A stretch of DNA of 64,000 bases from Spizellomyces punctatus DAOM BR117 (taxonomy: Eukaryota). The notes under the pieces were generated by a model, which ran no database searches, had not been told where the DNA came from, and was given only the letters and a program-made list of their open reading frames with translations. The position numbers and the translations under genes were made by a program. The DNA lies in NCBI GenBank assembly GCA_000182565.2, contig KQ257462.1. One strand, 5' to 3'. Positions 63,872 to 64,000 of the stretch are shown here, piece by piece. The stretch's first letter is position 1; every line of letters starts with the position of its first letter.

Positions 63872-64000
63872 ATGTACCGGGGTAAAGCGACACCCATGGA
63901 CTTTGAACGTACGAACTTGTTTGCAGGAACTGAGGGCTCCCCGTGGCTTCGAGCTGTGTCCTCAGCAGCCGAAAAAGCGTCTTCCGAAGAGACGAGCGTC
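63872..64000 (+). CDS. Possible 5' end of an unidentified gene running off the window
   Basis: ATG at 63872 with a frame open to the window end (MYRGKATPMDFERTNLFAG...), divergent from mago. Confidence 0.3.
   Translation, partial: MYRGKATPMDFERTNLFAGTEGSPWLRAVSSAAEKASSEETSV

Noticed and set aside
1-64000. Fanzor/TnpB nuclease ORF, CRISPR array, or in-window targets of the two predicted guides
   Set aside because: I saw no RuvC plus zinc-finger ORF, no regularly spaced repeat array, and no CATA-adjacent guide match beyond a few bases; a computational search is needed to be certain.

Overview
Gene-dense, intron-rich eukaryotic DNA from a flagellated early-diverging fungus. It is most consistent with a Spizellomyces-type chytrid, based on C2CD3, a MAK/ICK kinase, an sAC-type cyclase and Spu-type Fanzor ends. 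About 22 protein genes are recognisable: SAGA Hfi1/Tada1, ataxin-10, Tem1/Spg1, MAK, TyrRS, an SH3 membrane protein, Rad21, Mdm31, CPSF6, a subtilase, an ADCY10-like cyclase, a FERM protein, C2CD3, Ola1, Ett1, Ssu72, Vms1, capping protein alpha, mago nashi and a few hypotheticals, plus an intron-containing tRNA-Tyr. The most notable non-genic signal is a three-copy mobile-element family. Two copies (4226-5016 + and 11507-11720 -) are TIR-bounded, have CATA at the left end and end in a Fanzor omegaRNA-like scaffold, with no nuclease ORF ('ghost' loci). A third copy (~62245-62775) is diverged and lacks TIRs; it keeps the scaffold hairpin loop, a TATA box and an intron. Other points of interest are an apparently AUG-less (CUG-initiated) SAGA subunit gene, a TyrRS carrying both the ELR motif and an EMAP-II domain, and a gene-free island (55.5-60.8 kb) with frameshifted intronless Cys-rich ORFs and a tRNA-like structured element. 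Exon boundaries were read by eye; family assignments rest on remembered motifs, not database searches.
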